DNA of 64,000 bases from Gnetum montanum (taxonomy: Eukaryota > Plantae > Gnetophyta): NCBI GenBank assembly GCA_015680685.1, contig MNCI01001451.1:180864-244863 (forward strand), written 5' to 3'. Shown here piece by piece: positions 1-13,400 of this stretch (its first letter is position 1; the number at the start of each line of letters is the position of its first letter). The position numbers and the translations under genes are program-made. Under the pieces are notes generated by a model that searched no databases, had not been told where the DNA came from, and saw nothing but the letters and a program-made list of their open reading frames with translations.

Positions 1-405
1 GTGCCTCAGTACGACCACTTCGAGCACGTGCGTTACGTGTGGTGATCCTAGTAACGATTAGTATTTGGTAGCCACAGTTGCATATTTCAGGATGTGTACG
101 GTAAGTGGGAACGGATGATGACGCTAGTTAATTTAGACTTAGGTCCTTAGTTAGAGTTAGTTAGTTCTCTCAACCCTTCACCCTTTAGCATAGGAGAAAA
201 ACCATAAAAGACCATAAAAATCATATACCTCGGACTTACTTAACCATACACCGTGACAACAACAAGTAAGTTTGGGAAGACAACGAATGATTAACCCCAA
301 GTGTTCCATGGGGCGTTTAGGCATTTAGTCTATGGAGTTCGACTGGATCACACGTGCTACGCTCGTTTCATATGGTTGAGTGTAGGTGTACCTCGCCACT
401 CATCA
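1..405 (+). mobile_element. 3' portion of an LTR (Athila-like Gypsy family), running off the window start
   Basis: Colinear similarity to 18690-19110 (ctcagtacgaccacttcga / ctcagtatgaccacttcga; tatggttgagtgtaggtgtacctcgccactcatca / tatggttgggcataggggtacctcactgctcatca). Ends in CATCA at 405 with no PBS after it, so it is a 3' or solo LTR. Confidence 0.8.
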
Positions 406-1569
406 TTATGCTTTAGAGAAATCCATGAAGCAAATAAAAGTTTTTTTAATTTTACCCTTTCATACAGGCAATAGGATATTTCAATTTTGATGGGTGGTTG
501 GGTATTCCAATAATCAACCATACAAGTCACACATGCTCATACACAACTAGATTGTAATTTGCAAATGAATAATGCAAGCATAATAGTGAGTTGATATTAA
601 GTTCATGATCATTTTCTTTCCACTCAAAGTTAGTGAGGGAAAAATAATATGGTTTAACTCTTATTGAGGTACATGATAACTGATGTTGACTAATCTTAAT
701 AAGACTAAGTGTAAACATAGTGAAAGTTGATGTAAATTCTATTTCTAAGTACAATGAGAATGTAAATCTATTTTATCCTATGGTGATAAATATTTGTTCC
801 TAGTTTTCCATATATGTTCTGGGCTAATGTAATTGTTACTAGGATTACTAAGTAATTTTAGCACTAAATGAATCAAGCAAAGTCACTATTAGGCTAAAAA
901 AATTACACTTTACACTTGAAACTAGTCATACTTATTCTATCTTACTAATACACATTGGAATAGTAAATGAGTTAGTAAATGTAAACAACATGGAAAAATA
1001 AAACTATGCTAAGTGATATGCTGCAATGATGAAGAACAATCTCGATCTTTATTTCCATTCATAAATTTTATCCAAGAACAATCTACACAAATAAAGATTG
1101 GATACAGCTATAATTCACCACACTATAGGCATTCACTATAACTCTAAATTTATGAAAAAAAAACTAAAATACTTTTGCTAAGTTTGGTAAAAACTTATCT
1201 TTTTGATGCAATGATGGGTTAGTATTTATAAGCATAACCATGGCCGCACTACATCAAATCTACGATGACATATGCAAAGCTACATTATTGTAACTACTAT
1301 ATCATAGAAATGATATCATATACTCCCATAAAACTTCTTTCATCATACCTCCAAGACTAACTGAAAAATCATCCTCAAGTTTAAACAAAAAGAGGATAGA
1401 GTCTTTTACAAAATTGTGGGTTACATAGACTTTGATATTATGAAACATATTTACATGACTAGCTTTACTATGAATTCCATATAGTGATTTGAGTGGTGTT
1501 AAAAAATTATCATGCAATGTATGATTAACACATATGAAAAACATAAAATAAAATAAAAAAATTAAGCTC

Positions 1570-3080
1570 AATGTAGTGTCTTTATATTCTAGGTAGTGGT
1601 ATCTCCTCCATTGGTTTCTTTCCCTTATCATGAAGCTTCTGAAATTGATATCTGCTCAGTAGCATTTTGAGTTTCTTTTCTTTTAATCTAGGATCATGTA
1701 CCATCTATAGAATTCAATGATGTTGGTTGGAGTCAATACCTTCCAAGGACATTATAGTTGTGGAAAAATTTTATTAGCCTTGACATACCATGCTGCAAAC
1801 TGCATTCTTCCTTCTTTAAAAGCTCTAGCAACTTTTTTTAGTTTCTAATAGTCTATAATCCTCATGGCCAAGTTTGCTACTACATCTTTCTGATCCTAGT
1901 AGCTAGCCTTGACTACTTGTAATTTGAATTTTTCCATGTGAAGCTTTTGTTGTGCACCTTTTCTATTTGCAAAATCCTTTTGTACATTAAGTACACTATA
2001 GCCACTTGTTGCTCTAGTTTTATTCTTGGTCTATCCACTATTAACATGGGAAATTTAGCATACTTGAGATTTTCTAACCCCATTGATTCTATTATGTTTT
2101 CAATCTATAGGTCTTTATTCTATATTTTGGCTTGATGGATGTGGCCAAAGCTATCCAAGATGGATTGCTAATTAGGTGTCTATATTGTAATGAAGTTGAT
2201 TCTGGCTTTGGCCATTTGAATTTCCTCCTCATTGATTTGTTTGTACATGTCCACTTGATCTCTAAAGTGCTCTTTTAACATTTTATATTTTTTTTGGCTT
2301 TGTTTTGCAATTCGATGATCTGAATTATTGATTTCTATTGCATAGCGTAAACTTCTTCCATTGATAAGCTATTATTTGCTTGAGCTAATTGTCTTATGTC
2401 AAGGTTAACTCTGGTGGATTGCTCTCTTAGCTAATGAATACTTTCTTGTGGCACATTCTTCAGCTTCTCAATATCTATCAACCTCATGTTTTTAGCAGCA
2501 ATTTTCTTATTTTCTTCTTCTAGTACAAATATAGATTTAGCATATATGTATATTTGAGCATCTTCTACAGAAGCATTCCATATTGCCTTTTCCTTCTTCA
2601 TCTCCATTTGTATGTATTTTATCATTAGTTAGCTAATATGTTCATTTCTAAACTATTCTAGTTAGTTAGGTGCAACATGTCATGCATGATCTTGTCTTTT
2701 AGTGTTTAGTGTAACCAACTCCTCTTGTAACCTTTGCACTTTACTTTTTTCTTGTTGCTTTTGAGTTTTCACCATGACCTATTTTTCTTTTGTTGAGATC
2801 AAATTAGATTAGACTATAGTGATATCTTGGGGATATCAAAAGCATTTTCATGACTTGTTCCATCTATAGTAATCTCTCCAATACATCTTCATACTTTGTG
2901 GGGGCCACTAATATTATAACTATGGTTTCTACATCTTTAGCTCCAATAATATTAATGAGTAGCATAACTAGAATATTGAAAGATTCTTTAATATAAGTTG
3001 TTATAACATCTACTACTCCTACTACATCCCAATGTTGCATTACCATCATTGTGGCTCCTTCTCCTATTTTTACCATCACT
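1570..3080 (-). pseudogene. Degenerate ~500-codon accessory ORF (Q/E/K-rich, coiled-coil-like) in the 3' region of the Athila-like element
   Basis: ORF-track pieces 2864-3079, 2431-2625 and the start of 1302-1631 join into one reading by manual translation across TAA/TAG/TGA stops and ~3 frameshifts, e.g. KQQEKSKVQRLQEELVTL, LKEHFRDQVDMYKQINEEEIQMAKARI, QFAAWYVKANKIFPQL. Confidence 0.6.
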
Positions 3081-5099
3081 CAAAAGGATGTAACATTTCA
3101 TAAAATATGTTATATCTAATCATTATCTTCTTATTCCTATAAAGAGACTTGACTACTTATAGGTCTTGTTGATATGGTTGGTCTATTGGACTAGTGAAAA
3201 GTTTTGTGAGTTTTGACAAAAAATGAGAAAAATGGATAGCCTGGAAGGTGTAAAGATGATCCAAAGGATGCTTGATCATGATTGATGCTTAAAATATAGG
3301 AAGTATTCATTAAAAGTATGTGAAATAAGGAGTTTGGACAAGGTAAGTCAATTATGCTTGTAGGAGATGGTATGAATGAATATAAATATGTAGGAATATA
3401 TCAATGATTATTTAAATATTTAGGAGGTACAAGATTATGTGAATTTCATCATCAAGTATAAAACACAAGAGTTATACAATTGGATCCTCCCCAAAGCAAG
3501 CTTCTATCCTTAATACCCTTGTTTAACCACACCTAACATTTTCCATAGGCACTCAAGGAGTTGAATGTAAAGCATACTTGTTTTCCAAGACACATATTAG
3601 TATTTCCTCAGTAAGAAAAGAATACTATATTATACAAAACCATCAAATTATGATTATATATAACAATGAGATGGAATGATGGTAGTAGGGATTACAGAAA
3701 ATGAGATGTGGATGTCTTACCATAGGCATAATGAATCCTATATGTGATGCATGGTTAAGATGATCATTAGCCCATTCTATCTAAGATCCAAACCAAGTTC
3801 ATAGCACTTACCAGTGACATCACATTATATCATCCCAAAACTAACAACCATAAAGCTATTGCAATTGCCAGAAATATTACCACTTGGTAATGAAGTACAA
3901 AGAAGTAATTTATTAACAACACACTTTATTTAAAATGAGACTTGGCCATTGCACAAAGGAGTTCCTTCAAATATGGGTAACATGTCTTTCAAGTGGAACC
4001 CCTAGAAATTTTTATTATGTGTATTTATTAAATTATTACTATATCATCCTTACTAAAGAACTATCTTTAGGCATGGATAACATGCCTTTCCAGTGACATG
4101 ATAAAGTAGCACTTATTTTAGAACATACTTTCATTTTTTGTTAGAATTCAAGTAAATAATATAACTTAACAGCATGACAAGACTTATAGTAACAAATTTA
4201 GAGAATCCATAAATCTCCTTGATGTCACACTCTTTTCATTCCCTCTTGATTCTTTACCATTCAATCTAAGCATAATGATCATTGGTTTATTTTAGTTTTA
4301 TTGTGGAGAGAATGTCATTATGTCCATACTAAGAACCTTTTGTTATTGTAAATGAGTGGATGGATGATGTGGTATTGGTATATATATAATCAACCCTTTA
4401 ATGATTTGATAACATAGGATGAAATTCTCATTATGTTAACTACATCTTGTTTATTACTTTACACTTTATTAGAAAAATAAACAAAAATATATTCATGAGA
4501 AATAGTAAAAGTATAGAAGAATGAGAAATAGCTAAGAATAAGAAAACATACAAAGAATTTGAAAGATATTAAAGAATGAAATATGATAAGAAATGTGAAA
4601 AGTATGAAAAAAATTATACACCAAAAAATTATAAAACAAAAAGTTAAAATGCACTAATCAACTTTTGATTCAAGATAGGATACCTCTTCTATGACTAAAC
4701 TCATGATCAAGTGTTTGGAAAATGAATTGCACATCCCCAAGATCATATAATCTAGGTTTCTTGTTTATCATCCTTAGTGATTTATATTTTCATTTATTAT
4801 ACCATGTAACATTGATGATAATCAAGTTTGTATCTTTTGAAGATAAATATTCTATTAAACAAGATGGTCTTTCCATTTTAGAAGATCTAAATATGTTCTT
4901 TGTTTATTTTTAATTTTAGACTTTGAGTTTCCATGTTCACTACTTGTTGGTATATGATCATGGTTTAGGATATCCTTTTGTAAGTTCTCTATTTAGATCA
5001 TTTTCTTTGGGTAGGATTTGATAAGTGGGTTGGATGTTTCCATGTATGTTTTGGATAGTTTTATGTTCTCATTTCTTCATCAATGGGAGTCTTTTGGTT

Positions 5100-6480
5100 T
5101 ATTAGTCATTTTTTCTTTTTGTATACATACTTGTTTTTAAAATTTATTGTGGGCTAGTGTAAGGATCAAGTTTATGTTTTGAGCTTTTGGTCCACAACTA
5201 AAACCTTCTTTGTTGTAAGTAATGCATGGAATTCTTTGCATTTGTATGACTTTATGCTTATATTCCTTATAAATTTCCAAGAACAAGTTTTTCATTCTTA
5301 GCCTAACATCAATTATACTAATTAATGCTCTCCTCATAATGATAGGAAAATCTCTATATCGTTCTTCACATTGATCACAAGAAAATCCTCTAGATAAGAC
5401 CACCCATTAGTAGTGTTCACCATATCTTCTATCTATCCCAATGGAATGTTTACTAATTGATCTACAAGCTCTAGTCTTATGTTGCACTTCTTTAATAATG
5501 GTAGGTTCTATGCCTTGTATGTTTCTTGAGATATTAAGTTAACTTCAAACCCTAAGTCTAGTAGAGTTTTGCATGATGAATTTCAAGCAATTTGTAAATA
5601 AATCAAAGGATTTCAAGATCTATTATTTTCTTAGAAAGTAATCCTTCCTTTATCAAATATGATATGATATTAGTTAGCTTTACAATTATAATCTTTTTGT
5701 TTTGTTGTTGTAGAAGAATGGTGGTTGTAAGAGGATCTATCATAGGAGAAACATAATTAAATGAAGTTCTTACTATACTAGCCTTTTTTGGACTTGTCTT
5801 GCAAAAAGGATATTTTCTATATTTACATTTAGTATTGCTAGTATGATCCTCACTATGTATATTAACTACCCTAGTAGCACTTTTCTACTATGTCTATGAT
5901 GATAGTTCTCTTTGTATAATTAGTGGTGGAACTAGTAGTAATGGATTAAGAGCTTAATACAAGGGACTTGGTGCTACTTGAGATGTGTAAGGATGATGAT
6001 CCATGCATGATGTCATGGGTCTATTGTATTTAGATGGATAATAGGAAGAGGAAGTATGGATAGAAGTATTTCTAGAAGATAGGATGTTGTACATAGTATT
6101 CATACTACCTCATGATTATGGTTATTGCCACTAGTGCTAGTATTACCCTTATGATTGAGGATAAGCCCTGCTTAGGTAGTACAGTTGTTGGTAGAGTTAT
6201 CTAAAATTATATTTTGAATAAGGTAATCACCTAGACAGTTTTTTCTTAACAAACTTTAAATTGAGTACATATGCCCCAAACTCTTGTAAGTGGATCATGA
6301 TAGTACAAAATCCCTTAGGATGTTCATATTGGCACACCTTGCAACCTATGTCATCTTTTGAGCTTGAGTTTGTTATTTCCTCTATCGTAGCAACTTTTTC
6401 TTTAATCTTATAGTTGTCATGTCCATTGTCCTTTTTCTTCATTTTATCCTTGTTTATGTGGAACTCTTGCATAGGTATTT
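5100..6480 (-). pseudogene. Degenerate gag C-terminus (CCHC knuckle) and aspartic protease
   Basis: ORFs 6227-6472 and 5137-5403 are homologous to 11900-12100 and 12903-13193 (DFPIIM.RA...IPCI.Y). Confidence 0.8.
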
Positions 6481-6494
6481 CCTTTGCTACCTTA

Positions 6495-7100
6495 AGGGTA
6501 TCAACCCTTGAAGTGAAGATTCAGGGAAAGAAGAAAAATAGTATTTCTCCAAAGGATAATGAATAGATTTTGCTAAAATTAGTAGAACTCAAATCTAATG
6601 TGAAGGAAAATAAAAATTAATCTAATCTTAAAGGATCAGAGATAAATATGGAATTTACAATTATAGAAGCTTTTAAGGAACAAGAGGAAAAAAGGGAAAA
6701 AGAAAAAAAGAACTTGCATTTTGTAGGTATTCCAAAGACAAAGTGTAAAATACATGAAACTTTATTTAAGAAGAAAAGCTTTTAGATGATATGCATATAA
6801 ATTCTCCAAAAATTCATAAAGTTTTTACGATTCCAAGTAAATGATGTAAAAAGTCTTGACATGAAATTATTAAGTTTCATGATGTAGAAAATATAATGCA
6901 TGTTTGGAGATATCAAAGCTATATGAAGCAAAATGAGATTGAGAAAAGCATTTGGACAAATGACGATCTTACTTTAAAGGAATTTATAGAAAGGGTTGAA
7001 TAATGAAAAAATGTTAAGGCAACTTGTGAGCATGGTTTTGTAGCATACCTAAATGCTAGCAACATTGCAATCATTACAAATAAGTAGTATTCCTATTAGG
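6495..7100 (+). pseudogene. LINE ORF1 remnant of RTE-X/CR1/L2 type (coiled coil plus RRM-like)
   Basis: Manual translation: EQEEKREKEKKNLHFVGIP ... IIKFHDVE ... IWTNDDLTLKEFIER ... VKATCEHGFVAYL..AIIT. This matches the 'RxxNLxxxGIPE ... I(W/F)INEDLT' ORF1 pattern. Confidence 0.55.
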
Positions 7101-7129
7101 AAAGCCTATAAGGAAAGTCAAAGTGCATG

Positions 7130-10100
7130 CAGATGCTAATTTCTTATATCATATTTCTATTAGTATTTTTCTCTCTAGAATTAATTTTTCCTCCTTTTGA
7201 AAGCATAAGATTTTCCATATAAATGCTAATCTATTCATAGAAACTAGTGGGAAAAATATTTTGAAGTCTTTATGAAATGCAAAAAAAAAAGACTATTGGT
7301 GATACTAGTTAGATTAACTAGTGGTAGAAAATTTCTTGTAAAGTTAGAAATTATGCATGATGATTTGAAAAAGAATTTTCTAAGTATCAAGTTGAAGAAG
7401 ATCTTGTAGAATCTATTAAGTAAATGAAAATTCTTTCTAACCATAATCCATTTGATTTTGAAACTTAAAAAGCCTTGGTTGAAGCTTGTTATGCTAAACA
7501 ATGTTAGGATGATTTTCAAGTCAAAATACTCTTACTAAAATTTGCATGGGTTTGCTAAAAATGAAAGATGAACCTTGCAAGGAATCTTTTAAAATTTTAA
7601 AAGAAAAGGAAGAAGTACTTAAACTAGAATCACTTTATATAATGATTTCATCATTACAAATTATGAGACTTTAATAGCTTTTTAGAAAAATAATTTTCTT
7701 TTCAAGGTTTTAGTAAGGAATCCTTTTAGACCTCTAGTACACATATTCCTCATCTTATGACAAAAGCATATCAAAATTTTCTTAAATTAGAAATTACAGT
7801 AAAAGAAATCAAAGTAGTGGCATTTAGTTTAGCAGATAGTAAAGCTCTAGGTCTTGATGGCTTTATAATTGAAATTTTAAGAAGAATTGGAGCATCATTG
7901 GAGATGATATTTTTTATGTTTTCTAAAAAGCCATTAAAAAAGTTTTTCTTGAAAAAAATATTAATAAATATGTGATTTCTCTTCTTTTTAAGAATGAATA
8001 TTTTTAACATATTGATAATTGGAGGCCTATTAATTTTCTTAATTATATTTATATAATTTTAGCTAAATGCATAGCTTGCCAAATTTAGAAGATTACTAAA
8101 TATATCATCGAACCTAAGAAAACTACTTTTGTTAAATGTAAACATACCTTAAATAATGTTATTTCAGCTAGGGAGGAAATGTAGTGGGCTTCTAATACTA
8201 ACTAAGACATTTCTTTTATTAAGTTAGATTATGCTAAAGCTTATGATAGGATTGAATGGAATTTTTTTTATTTTTTATTTTTATAAATAAGAAGTTGATG
8301 ATTATTTTATTTGTCTTATCTATACATTGTTCACTATTACTATTGTTTGAGTTGCTACTAATTTTGGATTGAGTTTCTCCTTTTCTCTTTAATGACTAAT
8401 TCATCAAGGTTCTCTATCTCCCTTTCTTTTTCTTGTTACTGTAGACTTTCTTTCACATAATTTGCATTATGATCTATAAAAGAATGTCATTAATAAAAAA
8501 TTTCAATTGATGATTGAGGCATGCAATTACTTAACATGTAGTTTGTAGATGATTCTTTTTCTCTAATCAATAATTCTCTACAACATATTAATTCATTTTT
8601 ATCTAGAGTGAAAAATTGTTGTGTTACCTAGCCTTCATATTACTTGGCCAAATCTACTATTTATTGTAATGGTGATATTGATAATTGTGTTACTCTCAAA
8701 ACATGGAAAATCTTGAGAAAATATTTTGTCTTTAAAATTTCAAGAATACATTTTTTTAAAGCCTAATCTTACTATTTTGTGGAATTATATGGTTGATAAA
8801 ATAAAAAGAAGCTTGCTAAATGAAAGAAAAGAAGCTCATCCTTACTAACAAAGTTTTAATTAGTAAAAAGTGTTTTAATGAACTCATATTTATTACTCTA
8901 GTTGTTGGGCTCCTTCTAACACTTCTTATGATAAAATTAATCATATTATCCATCAAATTCTTTGGTTTGCCAAGCAACATAGAAAAGGTTTATTCAACGT
9001 TGGTTAGGATATTTGTACTAGTATCAAGAAATATGGAGGACTTAGCCTTATTGACATAAGCAAAGTATTTCTCTTGTAGTAAAATGGATTGCAAAGTGCA
9101 TTAATAGAGATGATGTTTGGATTCTTTTTGTAAGAAACCAACTTAGGCAAGAAAAACCTAAGAATGATAATAGTTGGTCTTCTAATAAATTTCTTCACTA
9201 CCTTCTTTTTCCTAAGGTCATTTCTATTCTTAGTTTTCAAATTCTTAAGAAAATTTGAAAAACATGGTATTAGACTTACAATAATATTACAATTTCAAAA
9301 CTTAGGTTTAAGTAAATTATCCCATGGTGGCTTCCTTTTAATGAAGAAGCTTATGTTACTAATTCATTTAGATTGTATACCACTTTGAGAAAATTTGGCA
9401 TTATAATAGTTTCTTGTCTATGTATGCATGATTGATGGATTACATGAAATAAATTTTCTAATGTCTATGATTTGAATAGAAAGAGAAAAAAATTTTAAAA
9501 AGTTAATTCCTAATATTAAGAATTTATTTAAGATTGATAATAATTTCCATCAAGCTTTTTTAGATATTTTTTAGAAGAATGATAAATCTCTTTTCCCTTT
9601 TAATTTGAAAGCTACTTATAAGATTATTACAAAGAATGATTTTATTCATAGAAAATTCTGTAAGGCCTAGAAAATGCAATTATCATCATAATTTTGGATG
9701 AGAAAAATGAAAGATATTTGGAGAGCTCTTATATTTCCTAATATTTATATTTTTTTATTGTATCTTATTCATTAAGATCTTTCAATCGGCACTTGTCTTA
9801 AACATATAAGAAATTATTTTTCTTAATATTTTTTATAGAAATAAAAACTCATTTTCTCATGTTTTTTTAGTGTTTTATTGCTCAGCATGCTTAGAAATGA
9901 ACATTCAAAATGTTTAACAACCTTCAACCAAGCATCAATGAAGTTATTCTTGGTGATTAGATTACTTTATCTACTTCCTTTCTTTGCATTTGAAAATGTC
10001 TTCAACTACTTATTCTCTATTCTATTTAGAAGCTTTACTATGCAATGACTTTTGAGCAACAAAACCATAATTATAACATCTCTTTAGAAGTTAAATACCA

Positions 10101-10300
10101 AATTCTCAAAGATATTACTTTTCAGCTAAAAATTCAAGTAAAAAAGCTATAATGAAAGCTTAACAAGTAGTTTTTTAAATAGTATTAACTTTCTTATTTA
10201 TTTTCGAGACTCAAGCATGGGAAGTTTTCAACTTTTGTTGCTATTTATTCATTATTTCTGATTGATGTATTCTTTGTCTTTAGAGAGATTTTTCTCATTC
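7130..10300 (+). mobile_element. L1-clade LINE ORF2 (reverse transcriptase), heavily degenerate, endonuclease largely missing
   Basis: Motifs in order: KALGLDGF (~7840), NWRPINFLN (~8020), KLDYAKAYDRIEW (~8220), QG..LSPFLF (~8405), FVDDS (~8545), KYGGL (~9030). An SDH-like end of the endonuclease lies near 7145. Confidence 0.85.
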
Positions 10301-10429
10301 TTTTTATAAGAAACTCTTTAGTAAGAATTGAAAGCTTGTGAGGGTGTTTTTGAATAAGGATAAGGTCTAATCCTTTTCCTACCTCAAAGGGAAGGATTTT
10401 TATGATTAGTTGTAATTCCTTTCCTTTAC

Positions 10430-13400
10430 AATTAGAGTACATTGTGCATGAACAAGATTTAAGAGATTATCGACCCACGGAGGCACAATGCCAGAGGGAT
10501 GTGCAATAGGAGAGACATTACAAATCCATGAAGAGGAAGTGGTCTCAGGATGTCCTGTATGTCATAAGTGAAAACAAGGATGGTGAACCTATCTTGGGAG
10601 GTTTTCCACAAAATGATGTTCCTCTCATTGACTTTGGTCAAGGAGTTGTGTACTAGAATCTTTACTCAACTATTCATAACCCAGGTTTTGATACCAATGG
10701 ACACAAAGGGTTCGAAAAAGGAACACGAATGCATGAAAATGACAAGCATTCTAATCATAACTACGATCGAGGCCATGACCACCAAAGAGAAGGTGATAGG
10801 CATCGTCATGGTGCTAGTCCTCCTTCCTCTTTACCTCCATCATCTTCTTCTCCTTCTCCTTTGGGATCTAAACATATTTGCAAAGGGAAAGACCATGAGA
10901 ATGATGGTAAGCGAAATAGAGATCACCAAAAAAATAGTAGAGAAAGGGGCCAAGGGCATTCCAAAGAGATACATCATAAAGAAGGGAGAGTAGGGAACAA
11001 CATAAGCATCATAGATTCCATAGAAAACATGATCACGATGAACCCCTACTCACCATCCAAAGTATGCTAGATATAACAAATGCCATTAGGATCCCAACAA
11101 GGCATCAGAAGGATAGTAGGATCAAAAGACTAGACATGAATAACATCTCATGATTTGAAGGGGAATACAATGTTGATCCTCAAAACCATTTACAAACATT
11201 CCACGATGCATGTGCCTTGCAAAATATAGAAAATGAATGGCAAAAGTTAAAGTTGTTTCCACGGATACTAATCAAGGAAGTAGAAATTTGGTACCGGTCC
11301 TTAGAACCAAAATCCATTTGTCGATGGAGTACCATGTTGGAGCTATTTAACGATAAGTATCAAACATACTCCCAAGTGTTCAACCTACAAAAGAAAATCC
11401 AAGGATGGAAACAAGGAGGACATGAATCCTTAAATGCTACCATGGGTCAATATTATTTATTATTACATCATTTCTTGGGCCATGGTTACTTGCAAAAAGA
11501 ATAACTACACCATCTCGTAGATAGGCTTAGGTATGAAACATGAAGAACCCTTAGGACTTATGCCCAAGGAAGGCTATCTAAGCTCAGAGCCCATCAAATA
11601 CAAAGATTGTTGGAGCAAGTTGCCAAGGAGGAAGGCAAGTTGAGGAAAATAGAAAGTGTAGAGGAGTACAAAAAAGATCCTTCCCTCTAGAAGAAGGAAA
11701 TTAGATTTTGCAAAGATGAAGAAGAATCACCACTTGAAGACATGGTGAATAGAAATACTTTGCCCATTCAAAAATTTGCATCAGAAGTATCGGCAAACGT
11801 AGATCAAATGTGGAACTCCCTAGATGAAAAATTTTAAACTATCCTAAACATAGTAGAGGAGTTTAGAGAAAAAAGTAATGATTGAAAGAGAAGGAAAAGA
11901 AAAGAAGTTGAGTATGCATGCAATAAGGGTAAGGGCAAAGTTGCCTTCATTGAAGAGGTTGTGGATTCGAACATAGACGATGATGGCGGATGTGAGATTT
12001 GCCAATATGACCATCCTAAGGGATGTTGTCTAGTGGTATCACATCTACAAGAATATGGGGTATATGCACTAAACCCACTATTAAACAGACAGCAAACACC
12101 CAAAAGATTACCTTATCCTTAAGGTAACCCAAGGTAGTTCTACCAACCCTTAACATATTATCCAAGTGGAACTCCACGATAACCGAATAAACAACATCAA
12201 AAGTGACAACACCCATGATCATGGGGAATGGCACCACCACATCAATAATATCCTTACCGTCAACTTGACCCATATGGGTATTACATCCAATAGTCAATCT
12301 CTCCATGTGACTCTACTAGTCACGTCGCTCTTCAGCCTCACTACCAAACCCCCAAGTACTATAGAACGACTTCTTTTTGGGGTGATGCTCCACACATGTA
12401 CTATCCTTCTCATTTTTTTGCATCCCTTCCACCTTTAGCTCCATTACCAACTACTCCAACTATGTAGGATGAACTTCTTGCCCAGCCGCAGCAACGTAAC
12501 ATTATAAGGGCTATCAATCTTCAACCTATTGTTGGTTTGGACAACCAATCAAAGAAGAGACCTTCCTTTAGAACCAATAGTCCAACCAAGCCTTTACAAC
12601 CACAAGTAGCTAATGATCTACATGTCTCATCATCATTTGAATCTTTGGAGCTTCCTTCAAACCAAAAATTGCACCCAACACACATGGTCATGTTGATTCA
12701 TGCCATCACTAATTGGATCAAAGCTGGCCATCTTCCTAGAAAATTCTCTAATCCTAGAAGTCCTCTTATATATTTACAAATCATTAGAAATGAGCCTTGC
12801 AAAGCTCTTTTGGATTTAGGTTCTAGTGTTAACTTAATCTCTCAAGAAATGTATAAAGCGTAGAACCTGCCTCTGCTAAAGAAGAGTAACATTCATTTAG
12901 AGTTGGCCAACCAGTCCATCACTGTTCCATTGGGACTAGTGGAGGACATTGTCATGACTATTTATGGGTGGTTATATCTAGCTGATTTTCTAGTGATTCA
13001 AGTTAACAACTACAAGGGAGACTTTCCAATCATAATGGGAAGGGCATGGCTAAGTACAATTGATGCATGCCTGGGAATACGTGATCTTTCCCTAGAGATA
13101 TTCAAAGAGAATTTGTTTGAGAAGATCAAGAAGAAGAAAATTCCATGCATTGCATACAGTGACATAGGGTGCAACTGCATGCAAAAGTCCTAGTTTGTAC
13201 AATGCTTAGCATTACCTGCATGCAACTAGTGTGCACAAGTGATTGACATACAAAGATGCCTATATGTAATAGCCACAAGATAGGAAGGCACCTAGTGGCT
13301 AACAATTGACCAAGAGAGTAATTCAAGTATATGCATAGAACCAATTGAGAGCTTGACTTGTGCCTATATTGATAGCATAAATGCATTAGAGCAAGTCTAT

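Larger units (their letters stand above)
488..6490 (-). mobile_element. Athila-like Gypsy derivative: gag C-terminus, protease, 3' spacer, accessory ORF and LTR end; RT/RH/IN absent, 5' end truncated
   Basis: Zinc knuckle CKVCQYEHPKGFC matches CEICQYDHPKGCC at ~11990. Protease LLDLGFEVNLISQE matches LLDLGSSVNLISQE. 3' non-coding blocks at 3480-4260 match 16740-17490. The reverse complement at 488-540 matches the LTR terminus (...ttgtatggttg...cccatca). Confidence 0.8.

Noticed and set aside
10568-10993. 141-aa ORF with a Leu-rich 'TM' stretch
   Set aside because: Alternative frame over the Ser/Pro (tct/cct) tract of the Gag extension.
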